Shown here: one piece after another, positions 51,146 through 63,883 of the stretch | Position numbering within the stretch: position 1 is the stretch's first letter | How the letters are laid out: each line of letters starts with the position of its first letter | NCBI GenBank assembly: GCA_951406725.2 | Contig: OX597832.1 | Location: 5,332,001-5,396,000, forward strand | Length of the DNA stretch: 64,000 nucleotides | Source of the DNA: Octopus vulgaris | Taxonomy: Eukaryota | Direction: 5' to 3' | Position numbers and translations under genes: made by a program | The notes under the pieces: generated by a model | Told to the model about the DNA's origin: nothing | The model's database searches: none | Seen by the model: the letters and a program-made list of their open reading frames with translations, nothing else

Positions 51146-51729
51146 AAATATTTTCTGTTCGTACGAGACCCCTGTATTTCAGCCTACATTTGCTCTACAT
51201 AGGCACATACCTTTTTGGAATCAGGATGATCCCGGATTAAAAATCTACCCTTCATTTGGTACTTGAATATCCAGCATTGGGATCTGATTTAAAAGTATTT
51301 GGGTTGCCATTTCTAACAGGAATCTTGGCTGATTCCCGCCATCTTGGTGGCATTTGTCAGATGACGTCAGAGATCAAGAAGGTGATAAACAACATTCACT
51401 TCATTCATTTTACGTCGAGTCAAGAACTTTGGGCCAAATTGACCAACAGTTGGAATTCAACGTAGGACTGGAACAATAGAATGATTGCATCACAGAATTA
51501 ATTCTCATCCGTCCTTAACTCCTCATCAAACACCACCAGAGCATATAGTTATTATAGTCGTATTATAGTTCTAGTTTTGGGCCGCAAGCCCAATTAGCGC
51601 TTCGCATACATACATACATACATACATACATACATACATACATACATACATACATACATACATACGTACGTACGTACATACATACATACATACATACATA
51701 CATACATACATACATACATACATACATAC

Positions 51730-51920
51730 AGCGGATGTTGACATAAGGCTAAAAAAAGATCAACAAAAGAGAAAATACCTAGGCTGAACTATTGAGAAGT
51801 CTACAGTTACTTTACCCAGATTTCAAGTTCAGGTTTATATCGGCAATTATTGGGGCACTGGGATATGTAACACGGCCTAAGTACCGACTTTGAGAAATTA
51901 AACTTCTCAAAATCCCAAAA
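51730..51920 (+). mobile_element. R4/Dong-like RLE fragment
   Basis: Clear DNA similarity to 11717-11900; preceded by (TACA)n. Confidence 0.8.
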
Positions 51921-53363
51921 GGTAAAAAACTACAGTTGTTTACTCTGCTTCGGTTGATATACGTTTGTCAATTAACCATTTGTCATGACTGTTAAATTAA
52001 AACCCACATTTGACGTTGATAAATTTGTTGGAGCTGGCCACAGCCCAGGACTAGTGACTGAATATGAACAGAGCTAGCTCTAGAGTGGTTGTCATTCTGG
52101 GCAAGCTAAATTCTAGAGCTCCTTTTAAAATTTTAGCAAGGAGTAACTGAAAATGTGAGAATACAGTTTTTTTTATTACAATGCACAAACTGAAGAGAAC
52201 AATTCAACTTCAACATCAGCGTTTCAAACCATTTCATTAATATATAGAAGAGAGATGTATGATACCGGTAATTATCTAGACACAATTTTCTTAACAAGCA
52301 CTAAATAGAAGATTGCTAAATGAGAGAAAGTCTGAAAGAATCATTAATATCCTGCAAATGTAACGAATTTTTGTACTAATAAATTAAATAATACTAGTGG
52401 GGTCCGTGGAAATTCCATAGAACGAAAAAGATTAAGAGAAGCTATTTAAGAGAGAAAAGATGATTTGCATTTTTTATTTTTATTTTGCTAAGTTATTTCA
52501 CTTCCAGTCACAATAATATATTATATGATATTAAAATTTCCCTCTGTTAAGTACTTTATATTTCTCTCTTCCCTTCTAAGACATTTTCAACCAACTTTCT
52601 AACCATGTAATTCCCCTCTTCATGTCTTTAAGATTTCTCTCTTTCTCTTTACCTCTCACTTCCACTAACCACATGAGTAACAGCATAATGCATCAGCTGG
52701 TTATCTGCTCTCTCACTTACTCTCACATTCCCTCTTCCTATCTCTCTCACTCCACTTCCTCCTCCTCTCTAACAAACTAAATCATAAAGCGTGAACGAGC
52801 AGATAGAAGAAGAATATTATAGATTTAGTTCAATAAAAAAATACTTTCACTATCAACATCCACCCCACCATCATCAGCATCACTGTAGTTTTCACTAACA
52901 AAGCTCATTTCATTTCAGTTCAACTGTTTATTTGTTCTTACTGTTACTGACAATACAAACGCTGTCTGCCTCTCTCACACTCTCCCTCTTACTCTCTCTC
53001 TCTCTCTCTTAATGTAACTGCTACTCCTGTCTATCTCTCTCTGTCTCTCTTTCTTTAACCTCATCACCAGAACATCATCCTCTGCTAAATATTGTATCCT
53101 AAACATATCTCTTACTCTTTACTTTTCATTCCCTATTCTACAGCACGTCGTTAATACTTCTCTCTCCCTCTTTTCTCTCACCGTCTTCTTGCTCTCGCTC
53201 TTCGCCTCTCCCTTGAACTAACCACGAGACGCATTTGGCCTTATTATACATCTTTACTTCTTTCTTCTTTACTCATACTTCTCCCCCTCTCCACCTGTCA
53301 CTCACACCACCTCCACCACTGTAACTAAGTAAAGTATAACGGGTGAACGAACAAGCAGATTAT

Positions 53364-54573
53364 GGTGCTAGTATAGTATGCAGTCTGTGGAGGCGCAATG
53401 GCCCAGTGGTTAGGGCAGCGGACTTGCGGTCGGGGGATCGCGGTTTCGATTCCCAGACCGGGCGTTGTGTGTGTTTATTGAGCGAATGCACCTAAAGCTC
53501 CACGAGGCTCCGGCGGGGAGTGGTGGCGACCCCTGTTGTACTTTTTCGCCACAACTTTCTCTCACTCTTTCTTCCTATTTCTTGAGTTACGCTGCGATGG
53601 ATTGGCGTCCCGTCCAGCTGGGGGGAACACATACGCCATAGAAACCGGGAAACCGGGTCCATGAGCCTGGCTAGGCTTGAAAAGGGCGCATAAATAAATA
53701 AAAATAGTATGCAGTCTACCACGATGTCAAACAAGGTTATTTACCTTACCTTTCAGATATTTCCTGATATTCCAGAGATAAAACACTTCAGATATTTCAG
53801 AGATTAAAAATCTTCAGCTATTTCAGAGATCATTTTTTTTTTCAGAATCATAGTTTTAGCATCTAACCATGATCGCTCAATGGCCTGAGTGTGTGTTCCG
53901 GTCACTGGATCCACATAATGTCGTTGATGGTTCACTGTCAGATGGTGATAACCTATGGTATTTAAATTATTATAAGCGGGCCACTCATCTGAATGGATTA
54001 CTGAACCCTTTCCATATTCTCTCTCAATAATTGGATCAGACTGTTTCCGTTACGCCGTACCACACAAAAGTATCGACGGGCTGAGCTCTGTTTGAGACTA
54101 AAAACCCACAACCCATCAATTCTACGTCCATGGTTCCTGTTATTTCGTTGTTCAGCATCACTGTCTTCGAAGAGAGGAACGTTGTCGCCATTCAGCATTC
54201 CTCCTCGATTGTACTTTCATCGACCAGCAAATCTTGCTTCATCGATCTGAATGGGGTTATCGTTTGTTCCAACCATCTTCCCTCGTCGTTTATGATGAAC
54301 TATGGCCCCACACATCCCGCGGCACATATTGTACCAGTCAGTTATTGTATTTTTAGATTTTCCTGTTAGAGTCACTGCTATGGTCATGGGTATATCCATG
54401 ACAAAAGAAAAATATTAGTTCTAAAATCTCACTCAGGCTCAGCTTGCAGTTTAATTTGTCGTTAATGTCCGTATAATGGAAAAATTGGTTTCCTTTATTA
54501 ACTGAACGTTTAAAGTAGATAACCCTGGCTATACTGTTTGACAACGTGGTAGACCGCGTAGTATACTAGCACC
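53364..54573 (-). mobile_element. Merlin (IS1595/ISXO2-like) DNA transposon, decayed
   Basis: ~40-bp TIRs GGTGCTAGTATA.TA.GC.GTCTACCACG.TGTCAAACA; 8-bp TSD CAGATTAT/CAGATAAT; IQIDEARFAGR, WVF, IHSDEWPAY, TVNH, HTQAIERSW motifs. Confidence 0.9.
53387..53703 (+). mobile_element. SINE family D inserted in a Merlin TIR
   Basis: A box TGGCCCAGTGG, B box GTTTCGATTCC; 14-bp TSD ATAGTATGCAGTCT. Confidence 0.9.
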
Positions 54574-54717
54574 CAGATAATTATATAGATGAGCAAAAGA
54601 ACAAGTGCTGAAAAACATACATCATCCTAACATTTTTGTTTTCTCTCAACTTCAGATCTGCAAATACTTTCAGAACGCTTCTATGTCAGTCTGGTTAACA
54701 TTATTTGTCATTGGGGA

Positions 54718-54930
54718 AAGGCGGCGAGCGGGCAGAATCGTTATTACGCCGGACAAAATGCTTAGCAATATTTCGTCCGTCTATACGTTCTGAATTTAAA
54801 TTCCGCCGAGGCCAATTTTGCCTTTCATCCTTTTGGGGTCGATGTAATATGTACCAGTTGAGCACTGGGGTCGATGTAATCGACTTACCCCTTTTCTCAG
54901 AAGTTCAGGCCTTGTACCTATAATAGAAAA
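54718..54930 (+). mobile_element. SINE family A
   Basis: Full copy; TSD ATTATTT(G/T)TCATTGGG. Confidence 0.85.
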
Positions 54931-55926
54931 TATTATTTTTCATTGGGAAAATGTCAAAGACAACAGTAAATACGTCTATAAACTTTAGTTCAATAAAACC
55001 TCTCCCTATTGTGGCCGCAACTATTTGTAATGTATAATATAACTCACAGTTTTGGCATGATATTGGCATCTATAGAAACTTTTCATCTAGAAAAATAATT
55101 CTTTTGTGGGATTTAGTTCAGTCAGGAGACCACACAATTTTATTCATTTTGATTGTATTTCGTTTTATTTATTATTTACGCTTTTTCACTTTGTAACATA
55201 GTGCTCCGAACAACCGCCCGAACTGCCAAGACTTTCAACTGGCTCTTCATACGGACTCTCGACAATGACTATTTGTTTGAATCCCCGCCCTACGTTTTAT
55301 CAGTTTTTATATCACATATTTCCGTTTAGTTCCAACTATTTATCATTCTTTTCAATAGTTTACTTCACTATCTTTCGTTGTTTTGTTTCATTTCGCTCAC
55401 CCTCCTCTTTCTCTTTTCCTTTTCATTACTTTCATTCATTTTGCGTCCTGTTTCTTATCTACCCTCTTCTCACTCCACTCTCGTGAGTGAAAGGAAATAA
55501 ATGATTTTGTAGGTAGGTGTTTGTCGTTTTCTTTCTATAGCTGCTTATATAAATGCACATACATAATTCTGTCTCAGAAAACGTTGACACACGAATAAAG
55601 ACGAACCTATTAACCTTGTAAAAAAAAACCTTTCGTTTTTTCTCAGTAAAAGTTTGTTCGAAATTGACCTTTAGTTTACGATAACCTGCAATAAATACCC
55701 TTCCTGCAAAAATTGTTACACAAATACAATTGACAAATAAGGAATCCATGTAATGTGTTGCTCTGGACTGGGAAGGCAGATCAAATTTTTGTTTATGTGA
55801 AATTGTATCCGAACCATGGCGGTATTCAATTTTGCAATTGAAAACAATTCATATTTTACTCTTGTAAGTAGAATCGTTACGATTAAAGAGTTATTCTAAG
55901 TCCGCTTAAATTGTGATACACTAGGC

Positions 55927-56265
55927 CAGTAGTTCTCAACCATTTTTTTATCTGTGAACCCCTTTTATTACTATTTTATACTGGTGGATCGCCACAGCTA
56001 TTCGATGTTTAAAAAATTAGTCTTTTAGATACTTCTTTCGAAATTCCTATTTAGTTCTTCTCACGTTCACTTGCATATGTTAGCAAAGAAAATGTTGAAC
56101 TATGGCAAGCGTTAGGAAAAGAAACCTAGCTGCTTTTTGCAATAAATATATCTAAAACAATTTTTTTTTCATGGACCCTTAAAATAATACTGTTGATCCC
56201 CAAATTACTATTTTGTTTGCGTGGACCTCCAAAAATCTTATATGGGCCCCGGTTGAGAACAATGG
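55927..56265. mobile_element. hAT/Charlie-type MITE
   Basis: CAGTAGTTCTCAACC ... GGTTGAGAACAATGG termini; degenerate 8-bp TSD CACTAGGC/CACCAGAC; GGACCC subterminal motifs. Confidence 0.65.
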
Positions 56266-56422
56266 CACCAGACTCATCATTCAATTGTTTCCATTGTCGC
56301 AGATACAAGAACGACAAAATGTTTTAATTAATTTAGGAATCGTAATGATACAGACAATAACTCTAGATTATAGTGATATAGCACGCCCACATCGATTACT
56401 ATAATTACAATATTTAACAAGT

Positions 56423-56634
56423 AGGCGGTGAGCTGGCAAAAGCGTTACCTCGCCGGATAAAAAAGCTTAGCGGCCTTTATCTGTCTTTAAGTTAAGTTCA
56501 AATTCCACTGAGGTCTACTTTGCCTTTCATCCTTTCGGAGTTTATAAAATAATTACCAGCTGAGTACTGGGGTTGGTGTAATCGACTTACCTCCTCCTCC
56601 GAACATGCTGGCCTTGTGCCAAAACTTGAAACCA
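56423..56634 (+). mobile_element. SINE family A
   Basis: Full copy; TSD CAATATTTAACA(A/G)GTAG. Confidence 0.85.
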
Positions 56635-56844
56635 ATATTTAACAGGTAGACACTACCAGTAAATGTCAACTAGACATTCAGCTTACCGAATAAACTAAAT
56701 GTACACAGGCAATAATTAGATCAACACAGTCTGTGCACCACAACTAGACAAATATACAATGTAAATGTCGTCTACAAAATACATATGAACTTTGTAAACA
56801 CACCCTATTCATATCGAATACACAAACAATATCTTATCTGTTCT

Positions 56845-57063
56845 CTTTAATCTTTTACTCGTTTCAGTCATTAGACTGCGGCCATGCTGGGGCACACTTT
56901 GAGGAATTTTAGTCGAACGAATCGACCCTACTACTTATTTTTTAAAGCCTGGTACTTACTCTGTCAGTCTGTTTTGCCGAACAACTAGGTTACGAGAACG
57001 TAAACACACCAATATGGGTTGTGAAGCGATGGGACGTCACACACACACACACACACACACACA

Positions 57064-57124
<61 letters not shown>

Positions 57125-57290
57125 GTATATGCGACGGGCTTCTTTCCGTTTCTGCTCTCCAAACTCACTCACAGGCTTTAGTCAGTCCGAGGCTACAGTA
57201 TAAGACTCTTGCCCAAGATGATACGCAGTAGAATTTAACCCTGAACCGTGTGGTTGGGGAGCAAACTTCTTAGGACAAGACCCCCTACAG
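56845..57290 (-). mobile_element. SINE family B
   Basis: Reverse-complement match; another head fragment at 57530-57617. Confidence 0.85.
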
Positions 57291-57800
57291 ATCGCTTCAC
57301 TCGACCAGTAAAATGCAAAGTAGGGTGAAATCCGCAAATAATTAAAACGAAATTCAAATTTTATAAAAGAAAAATATTCTAGAAAATAATTAGTTAATTG
57401 ATAATTCAATTTTGGGATATAGTGAGCAGTAAGAGCAGCCATGAAAGGAAACCTTTCAACTGTATGGAATGTCGGAGAGAATATAATTCCCAAGTTAGCA
57501 GGGCTTTGGGATGAATGGGGCTGGGTCGGGCCATTGTCCAAGGTGCCACGCAATGGGACTGGATTTGGAACCGCATGGTTGAAAATCAAGCTTCTTACCA
57601 CACAGCCACGCCTGCGTATATATATGTGTGTGTGTGTGTGTAAGCAAATTATGAGTTAGAGGCAATGCAACCATCGAAAGGATAAATGTATCCGTAGACA
57701 CTACTGGTGTATTACCTCATTATGTGTAGACCTAGCTATAAGGTATACAATAGTTGGTAATTTAAAAGAAGAAAAACGTGGTTTAATATATATATATATA

Positions 57801-58090
57801 GAAAAGAAATGGAGCAATAATTAACAATGAGAAGTTGATGATTTATTTTCAAAAGTCATTGTTTAATTGTAGTTCGGAACCATTTACAGCTGTTTCTGTT
57901 TAATCAAATCTAGGTAAATTTGCATTTATCTCGTTCCATTTAACAAATGTCGTCAGAATAATTTAGTAGAATATAAATAGGAGAAAAGGGAAAAGAAAGG
58001 AAAAAGAAAAAGAAAAAGAAAAAGTTCGTTAAGTCTTTAAGGCTTACATTTTAGTGACTTTTTGGGTTCCACGTGTGTGTGTTTCTTCAA
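57801..58090 (-). mobile_element. Penelope-like terminal repeat
   Basis: Adjacent to (TA)n; carries a hammerhead motif with the same GAAACAGCUGUA end as 62284-62295. Confidence 0.55.
57882..57959 (-). ncRNA. Hammerhead ribozyme motif with extended stem II
   Basis: Minus strand AUU-CUGACGA-[~55 nt imperfect hairpin, ..AUAAAU GCAA AUUUAC..]-GAAACAGCUGUA-AAU. Confidence 0.5.
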
Positions 58091-58094
58091 GATG

Positions 58095-58825
58095 AGAATG
58101 CAGAACTTTCGTTTTGGTATTGAGTCTTTTGAGATTGAACAGTTTTCCTGTTGTTCTATATCTTATATAGAACAACAGGGCAATCTTTAAAAGCTATTTG
58201 AAAGACTATTGCAAAATATATAGCAAACAGTGTTGGAGCAAAATATATAGCAAACAGTGTAGGAGCAAGAACATCACCTTGCTTTACATCATTTTCTACA
58301 GAAACTGGATCTGATAAGGTACCTCCAACATTAACTCTCATTTCCATCTTGTCATGAAATTGTCTAAGCATTCTCACAAACTTTTCAGGGCATCCTAGCT
58401 TTTTTAGGATCTCCCTAAGTGCAATTTTATTGATAGAATCAAACGCTTTCGTTAGGTCAATGAAAACCTGGTATAAGTCCATATCCTGTTCGATGCACTT
58501 CTCTTGCAACTGTCTTGCCGAAAATATCATATCCAAAGTACTCCTACTATCCCTAAACCCACATTGCGATTCTGGTAGAACCTCGTCAGCAATGTGTAGG
58601 AACAATCTATCCAGCATTATCCTACAGAGGACCTTTCCAGCAACAGCGAACAAACAGATGCCGCGATAATTATCACAGTCATCCTTTCCCCCTTTAGATT
58701 TATATAGTAACTCCATAGTTACATCACGCCAATCCGGAGGAAACTCTTCACTTTGCCAAACCCTTTGAATCACATCCGTTAACATTGCACAAAAATGATT
58801 ACCACCATATTTATATATCTCTGCA

Positions 58826-58827
<2 letters not shown>
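58095..58827 (-). mobile_element. RTE (BovB-like) RT fragment
   Basis: ORF 58156-58785: DCDNYRGICL, LPESQCGFR, STLDMIFSARQLQEK, FIDLTKAFD, KQGDVLAPTLF, then GKLFNLKRL; 27-bp tandem duplication (APTLFAIYF x2). Confidence 0.9.
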
Positions 58828-58884
<57 letters not shown>

Positions 58885-59199
58885 CTATAATATAAAATAA
58901 TTAAGGTGACTGGAAGAAATTTAAAACCAAAAAGGAAATAATTCATCGTCGCTAGAAAAATCACATGTTCTTTTTGAACTGACAGAGGAGACAACACACC
59001 TCACCGTAAGCGAACTGCATTAGATTAACATATTAATTTTGTATATGAAATTAATACTCGTCATTAGTGCTTATTCCATGGCAGGTGCTGGAGTTGAAAT
59101 CACGTCTGTCAGTATTATAGAAAACGCCACAGAAATCAGTAACTGATTTCACGAAGTGTTAATGGGATAAATATGAAATAATAAAGACGGCTTGAAGCA

Positions 59200-59414
59200 A
59201 TTTAAAACCATTGCACAGAGCCAACAATTTTAGGGGAGGGTAAGTCGGCTATTTCGAACCCTGTATTCAACCGGTACCTATTTTTTTGTCAACCCCTGAT
59301 GGGATGAAAGATAAGAATCGACCTCTTCGGAATTTGAACCCTGAACGTGAAGACGGACGAAATGCCGCTAAGCTTTTTACCCGGCGTGTTAACGATTCTG
59401 TCGGCTCACCGCCT
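59200..59414 (-). mobile_element. SINE family A
   Basis: Reverse-complement match. Confidence 0.8.
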
Positions 59415-60228
59415 TCTATCATTTCAGAAATATCGACAGTAGAGTTGATCTTTCTTGACTTTTGGAAGACATTTGTCGAATCTAAAAACCAGGTGAGAAA
59501 TATATGTTCCCAAAAGCCACATCTATTCAAATTCGACTTCAATACTTCATACAACTATGGAATTATCTTTTTACGAGTGACAGCAACAAAGGCAGCCGGA
59601 TGTTTTGCCTCTTGCTTATATAAGGTGGGTCGTGTTTACAACTCTCCTTAGAAATTGCATTATTTTATTAAGTCAATTAAGTTTAGCCTATTTATTTATT
59701 TACATAGTAACGTATTTTATATACATTTTCTCGGTTTATATGGTATTTCAAAGAAATGACAATATTTGTAAATATTTATTCAAGGGATGCACTAACACTG
59801 GAACATTATTGTATATATTATTTTTATGATGATTAAGAATACAAATGAATTCCTTATAAAATAGCTTTTAGGTGCAAATTTCATTAATTCTAACCGACGA
59901 CTGTTCAATAAATTGATTACGAAAAATATTAGGCTTTACAGAAGAAATATAAAGCGTAAGTGGTCAGCTGGTACGTCGTAATATGGTTGGGAATTTGTGT
60001 GTGTGTGTGTGTGTGTGTGCGTGTTCTTTGAAGTCTACTTCAAAGAAATCATCTGAAGTAAACAAAGTAAACAAAAATGTACGCCCCAGCATGGCCACAG
60101 CTTGTGAGCTGAAACTAAATAAAATAAAAAAAAATATGAGTATGTAATTGTGCATGATCCATAGTTTTTTGTATGTATGTCCATATGTGTGTGCGTGTGT
60201 GTGTGTGAGTCTGTGAGTATGTGTGTGT

Positions 60229-60421
60229 GTGCTGAAATATTCCTGGCTTTGTGGAGGATCAGTTAATTATGATTTTATTCATCGTATTCCCCTCTCAGAT
60301 TCACACACTGTAGCGGTCCTTCAGTTTTTCTAAGCCCTGTAAAAGAACTAGGAAGGTTGGGCCTCCAGCCAGGCTTTTCGCGGCACCCTTAAAGCCAGGA
60401 ACTTTTGAGTACCTCATCGTA
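60229..60421. mobile_element. mariner-type MITE, copy 1
   Basis: TIR GCTGAAA.(A/G)TTCCTGGCTTT / AAAGCCAGGAACTTTT; homologous to 63662-63883. Confidence 0.8.
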
Positions 60422-61234
60422 GTTTTTAAATATTCGCGATACATTCAGATTCCCCTTGCAATACACTGTTTGCGAACCAGTGTGAAAGCAGCTTGAATTT
60501 AAGTGAGACCTGGAGGTCAGTATACAGGGAGTTGGTAGGGTCTTCTACTCTTCACTGTATTTTCTTTCGACATTCTATTTTTGAGTTCGAATTTTACCGA
60601 CATCTCCATTGCCTTTCATTCGTCTGTGGTCGATTGATTAGCTACTGTTAATATACAATGATGAACAATTAGTAATATACAAATGTTTCAAAATCATTTG
60701 TATTTAGCGACTTTTCCTGTTGAGACATAATTTGTGTCCAGTAAATTCTAAAAAAATGGATTAACATCTATTTATCTTTTTCACTATCTGCTAAATTAAC
60801 TATATGATATTTTTATCTCGTCACTAAGGGTGTAGTTTAAAATAATTAAAATGCCCTGAGTCACTATATTAAGTATGTTAGTTCCTACCTTATTATTTTA
60901 TTGTTCATACCGATAATACTACTGAAAGAAAACAATAAATTACAGTTATAATTATAAAACCGTTCCTTCGTGTAGATGAGATAATGATAGAACAAGAGAG
61001 AACGTTTCCTAAATGTCTGATAAGAAATTGATAATTACTGGAGTGGTTAAGCTAACTATTGTCTGCTTCGGTACAAATCAATTTGAGATACAAGCAGAAG
61101 AGGAGCGTGTGTTGAGAGAAGTTGGGTAACCTTTGGGCAAGATCAGTCATCAAAGAAAGAATGGATTTTTTCTCCAAGATTTATTCTGCCAAACTAAAAA
61201 CATATTTCTTTTATATTCTTTTACTTTCTTTTAT

Positions 61235-61602
61235 TCTTTTATTTGTTTCAGTCATGCTGGAGCACCGCCTTGAAAGGTTTGTTTAGTCGAACAAATCGAC
61301 CCCAGCACTTATTTTAAAGCCTAGTATTTATTCTATCGGTCTCTTTTACTGAACCACTAAGTTACGGGGACGTAAATACACCAACACCGGTTGTCAAGCA
61401 GTGATGGGAGAGAAACACTCACACACACACACACACATTTCGACCTTCTATCAGTTTCTGTCTATCAAATCCACTCATAAGGCTTTGGTCAGCCCGAGGC
61501 AATTGTAGAAAACACTTGCCCAAGATGACACGCAGTGGGATTGAACCCTGAACCATGTGGTTGGGAAACAAGCTTCTTACCACACAGTCATGCCTGCGCC
61601 TA
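61235..61602 (-). mobile_element. SINE family B
   Basis: Reverse-complement match. Confidence 0.85.
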
Positions 61603-61744
61603 TATATACATATATACATATGAGAGGTTTTGGTATCCAGAAGACCCAAAAGGCAGGTAAGGCTATGTAAGTGCTACGTAAGGATTGCTATTAGACTCCC
61701 GGTTCGATAATAGTATAAGTGAGCAGTCTAATGCATGTCGTGTT

Positions 61745-62365
61745 AAATAAAATGAGACAACAAAGCCAAGGCAGTGTGAAATTTCTAGGACATTTATAAA
61801 GAGAAAGGTTTTCCTACAGCTGTTTCAGGGATATAAAAGATATCCCATCATCAAAGACGATATGAGAGTGTTAAATAGAAGGAAATAGTAGAGTTCAATA
61901 TAAGAAGTTATTTTGGAAAGCGAGAGATATAAGAAATATACGAGGAAATATGAGAGAAACAAATGTTGAATGTTAAAGTTGCTGTTCCATTACACTACAA
62001 GATACCTTTGGATATCTGCACACTATCCAGTTGCAATCACAAAATATGAACTCTTATCGGAATTTATATACCATGAACAATAAGCCTCTTTATCCGTTCT
62101 ACACAGCACATTCTTTGAATAATGGAACCACAACATTAACATTCAATATATGTGTTTCTCTTATTTCCTCGTATATTTCTTATATCTCTCGCTTTCCAAA
62201 ATAACTTCTTATATTGAACTCTACTATTTCCTTCTATTTAACACTCTCATAATCTCTGATGATGGTATATCTTTTATATACCTGAAACAGCTGTAAGACT
62301 ACCTTTCTCTTTATAAATGTCCTAGAAATTTCACACTGCCTCAGCTTTGTTGTCTCATTTTATTT
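61745..62365. mobile_element. Inverted Penelope-like pseudo-LTR pair (~245-bp arms, ~130-bp spacer)
   Basis: 61745-61991 is the reverse complement of 62121-62365; each arm has a hammerhead motif; followed by (TATG)n. Confidence 0.75.
62253..62298 (+). ncRNA. Minimal type I hammerhead ribozyme motif
   Basis: UCU-CUGAUGA-U-GGUAUAU(CUUUU)AUAUACC-U-GAAA-CAGCU-GUA-AGA; palindromic ACAGCUGU stem III. Confidence 0.75.
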
Positions 62366-62397
<32 letters not shown>

Positions 62398-62631
62398 TGT
62401 ATGTATGTATGTATGTATGTATGTATGTATGCATGTATGCGTGTATGTATGTATGCATGTATGCGTGTATGTATGTATATATGTATGTATGCGTGTATGT
62501 ATGTATGTATGTATGCGTGTATGTATGTATGTATGTATGTATGTATGTATGTATGTATGTATGTATGTATGTATGTATGTATGTATGTATGTATGTATGT
62601 ATGTATGTATGTATGTATGTATGTATGTATG
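62366..62631. repeat. (TATG)n microsatellite
   Basis: Seen directly. Confidence 0.95.
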
Positions 62632-62696
62632 AGCAAAGTAGCTTGATCTAACATCTCTATTAAAGTGTAAGTAGTAACAATATTGAAAATTAAAAT

Positions 62697-63183
62697 TTGT
62701 TGTCACTTCAACATAACTGTTCCGTACGGAACGACGTTACTGCCATTTTTTTAATTCCAGCAGGACATCTCCTCCAGATGGTAGTAACGAATTTCTGTAC
62801 AGAACAGCCGTGTTGAAGTGACAACAAACATTACTTCTCAGTATTGTTACTACTTGTATCTCTTTTGGAGATTTTAGAACTAGCTACTTTATTGCAAAAT
62901 CAGCGATTGAATGTTGTTTGTTTTTCTAAATACTGCGAGCTAGGACGAACAATTGCCATGCCTAGCAGACAGGTTTCCAGTACTGACAAAGGGAATCATC
63001 CTGAAAAAGACCGGTCTACTGGTCTTGTTACCGTTAGATGGTAGGGGTTCGTTTCCCTGCTCGCAATATATCGGACCCACATTGTGTCGTTAGCCAGTTG
63101 GAGATGTCCTCCTGGGGTTAAAAAATGGTAGTAACGTAGTTCCGTACGGAACAGCCATGTTGAAGTGGCAAAAAACATTACTT
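62697..63183. mobile_element. MITE-like element with ~75-bp TIRs and an extra internal TIR copy
   Basis: 62697-62770 is inverted at 63100-63176 (core palindrome GTTCCGTACGGAAC); third partial copy at 62778-62836. Confidence 0.7.
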
Positions 63184-63661
63184 ATATATGTTTTAGTGCA
63201 GAATTGTATTTCTGAATTATTAAATATCATTTTTCAGGATTATATTTTCTTCAATGCATTCCGACAGGCTCTTTTCCGAACATCATCAGGAGTCTTTATT
63301 TATTGATAGTTCTAAGGACGCGCTAATATAGTGTTCTGGGATGAAATACTGGCAAGATATATAAACTGTATTAAATTTAGGAAGTTGAAGGTAATCAGAT
63401 AGTAAATGAACGAACTGAAGTGTAAAATTTAGATACGAACAATTAGGCTAATGTTTTCAGGAGGTCAAGTAAATGTCTATCTACATAATGAAGTGGACCG
63501 AGTAATTTAAATTGATTATAATTACATCCATGGGACATATTCATTAGTGTGATGGTCAATTCTGGTCAAGAAAAGCAGGAGAAACAACCCTGATATTTTG
63601 AGTTGATCTGTGAAAATCGTCACTTCAGTGTTTGTAAAATTACCGAATACGTAGGTGTGTG

Positions 63662-63883
63662 TGCAGGGGGATGCTGAAAAGTTCCTAGCTTTAGGTAAAA
63701 GAAAATATAGGAGGATCAGTTAATTATGATTTTATTCAACATATCCTCCTGTCAGATTCACATACTTATTGTAGCAGTCCTTCAGTTTTTTTAAGTCCTG
63801 TAAAAGGACTCGAGAAGGTTGGGCCTCCAACTAGGTCTTTCGTGATACCCTTAAAGCTAAGAATTTTTCAGTACCCTGTCGTA
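63662..63883. mobile_element. mariner-type MITE, copy 2
   Basis: Homologous to 60229-60421. Confidence 0.8.

Larger units (their letters stand above)
52394..54589 (-). mobile_element. Non-autonomous Helitron-type element hosting the Merlin insertion
   Basis: Minus strand A|TCTATATAAT 5' end; 3' imperfect hairpin TGGAATTTCCA then CTAG|T; CT-rich interior. Confidence 0.6.

Noticed and set aside
53389-53462. tRNA gene
   Set aside because: It is the tRNA-derived head of a SINE with body, tail and TSD; the same applies to the family A and B heads.
59020-59070. Hairpin TATTAATTT..AAATTAATA next to TGACGAG as a hammerhead
   Set aside because: Core incomplete (no CUGA start, no GAAA).
63248-63295. 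Minus-strand CUGAUGA..CGGAAUGCAUUG as a fifth hammerhead
   Set aside because: GAAA is mutated and stem II pairs poorly; at best a dead remnant.
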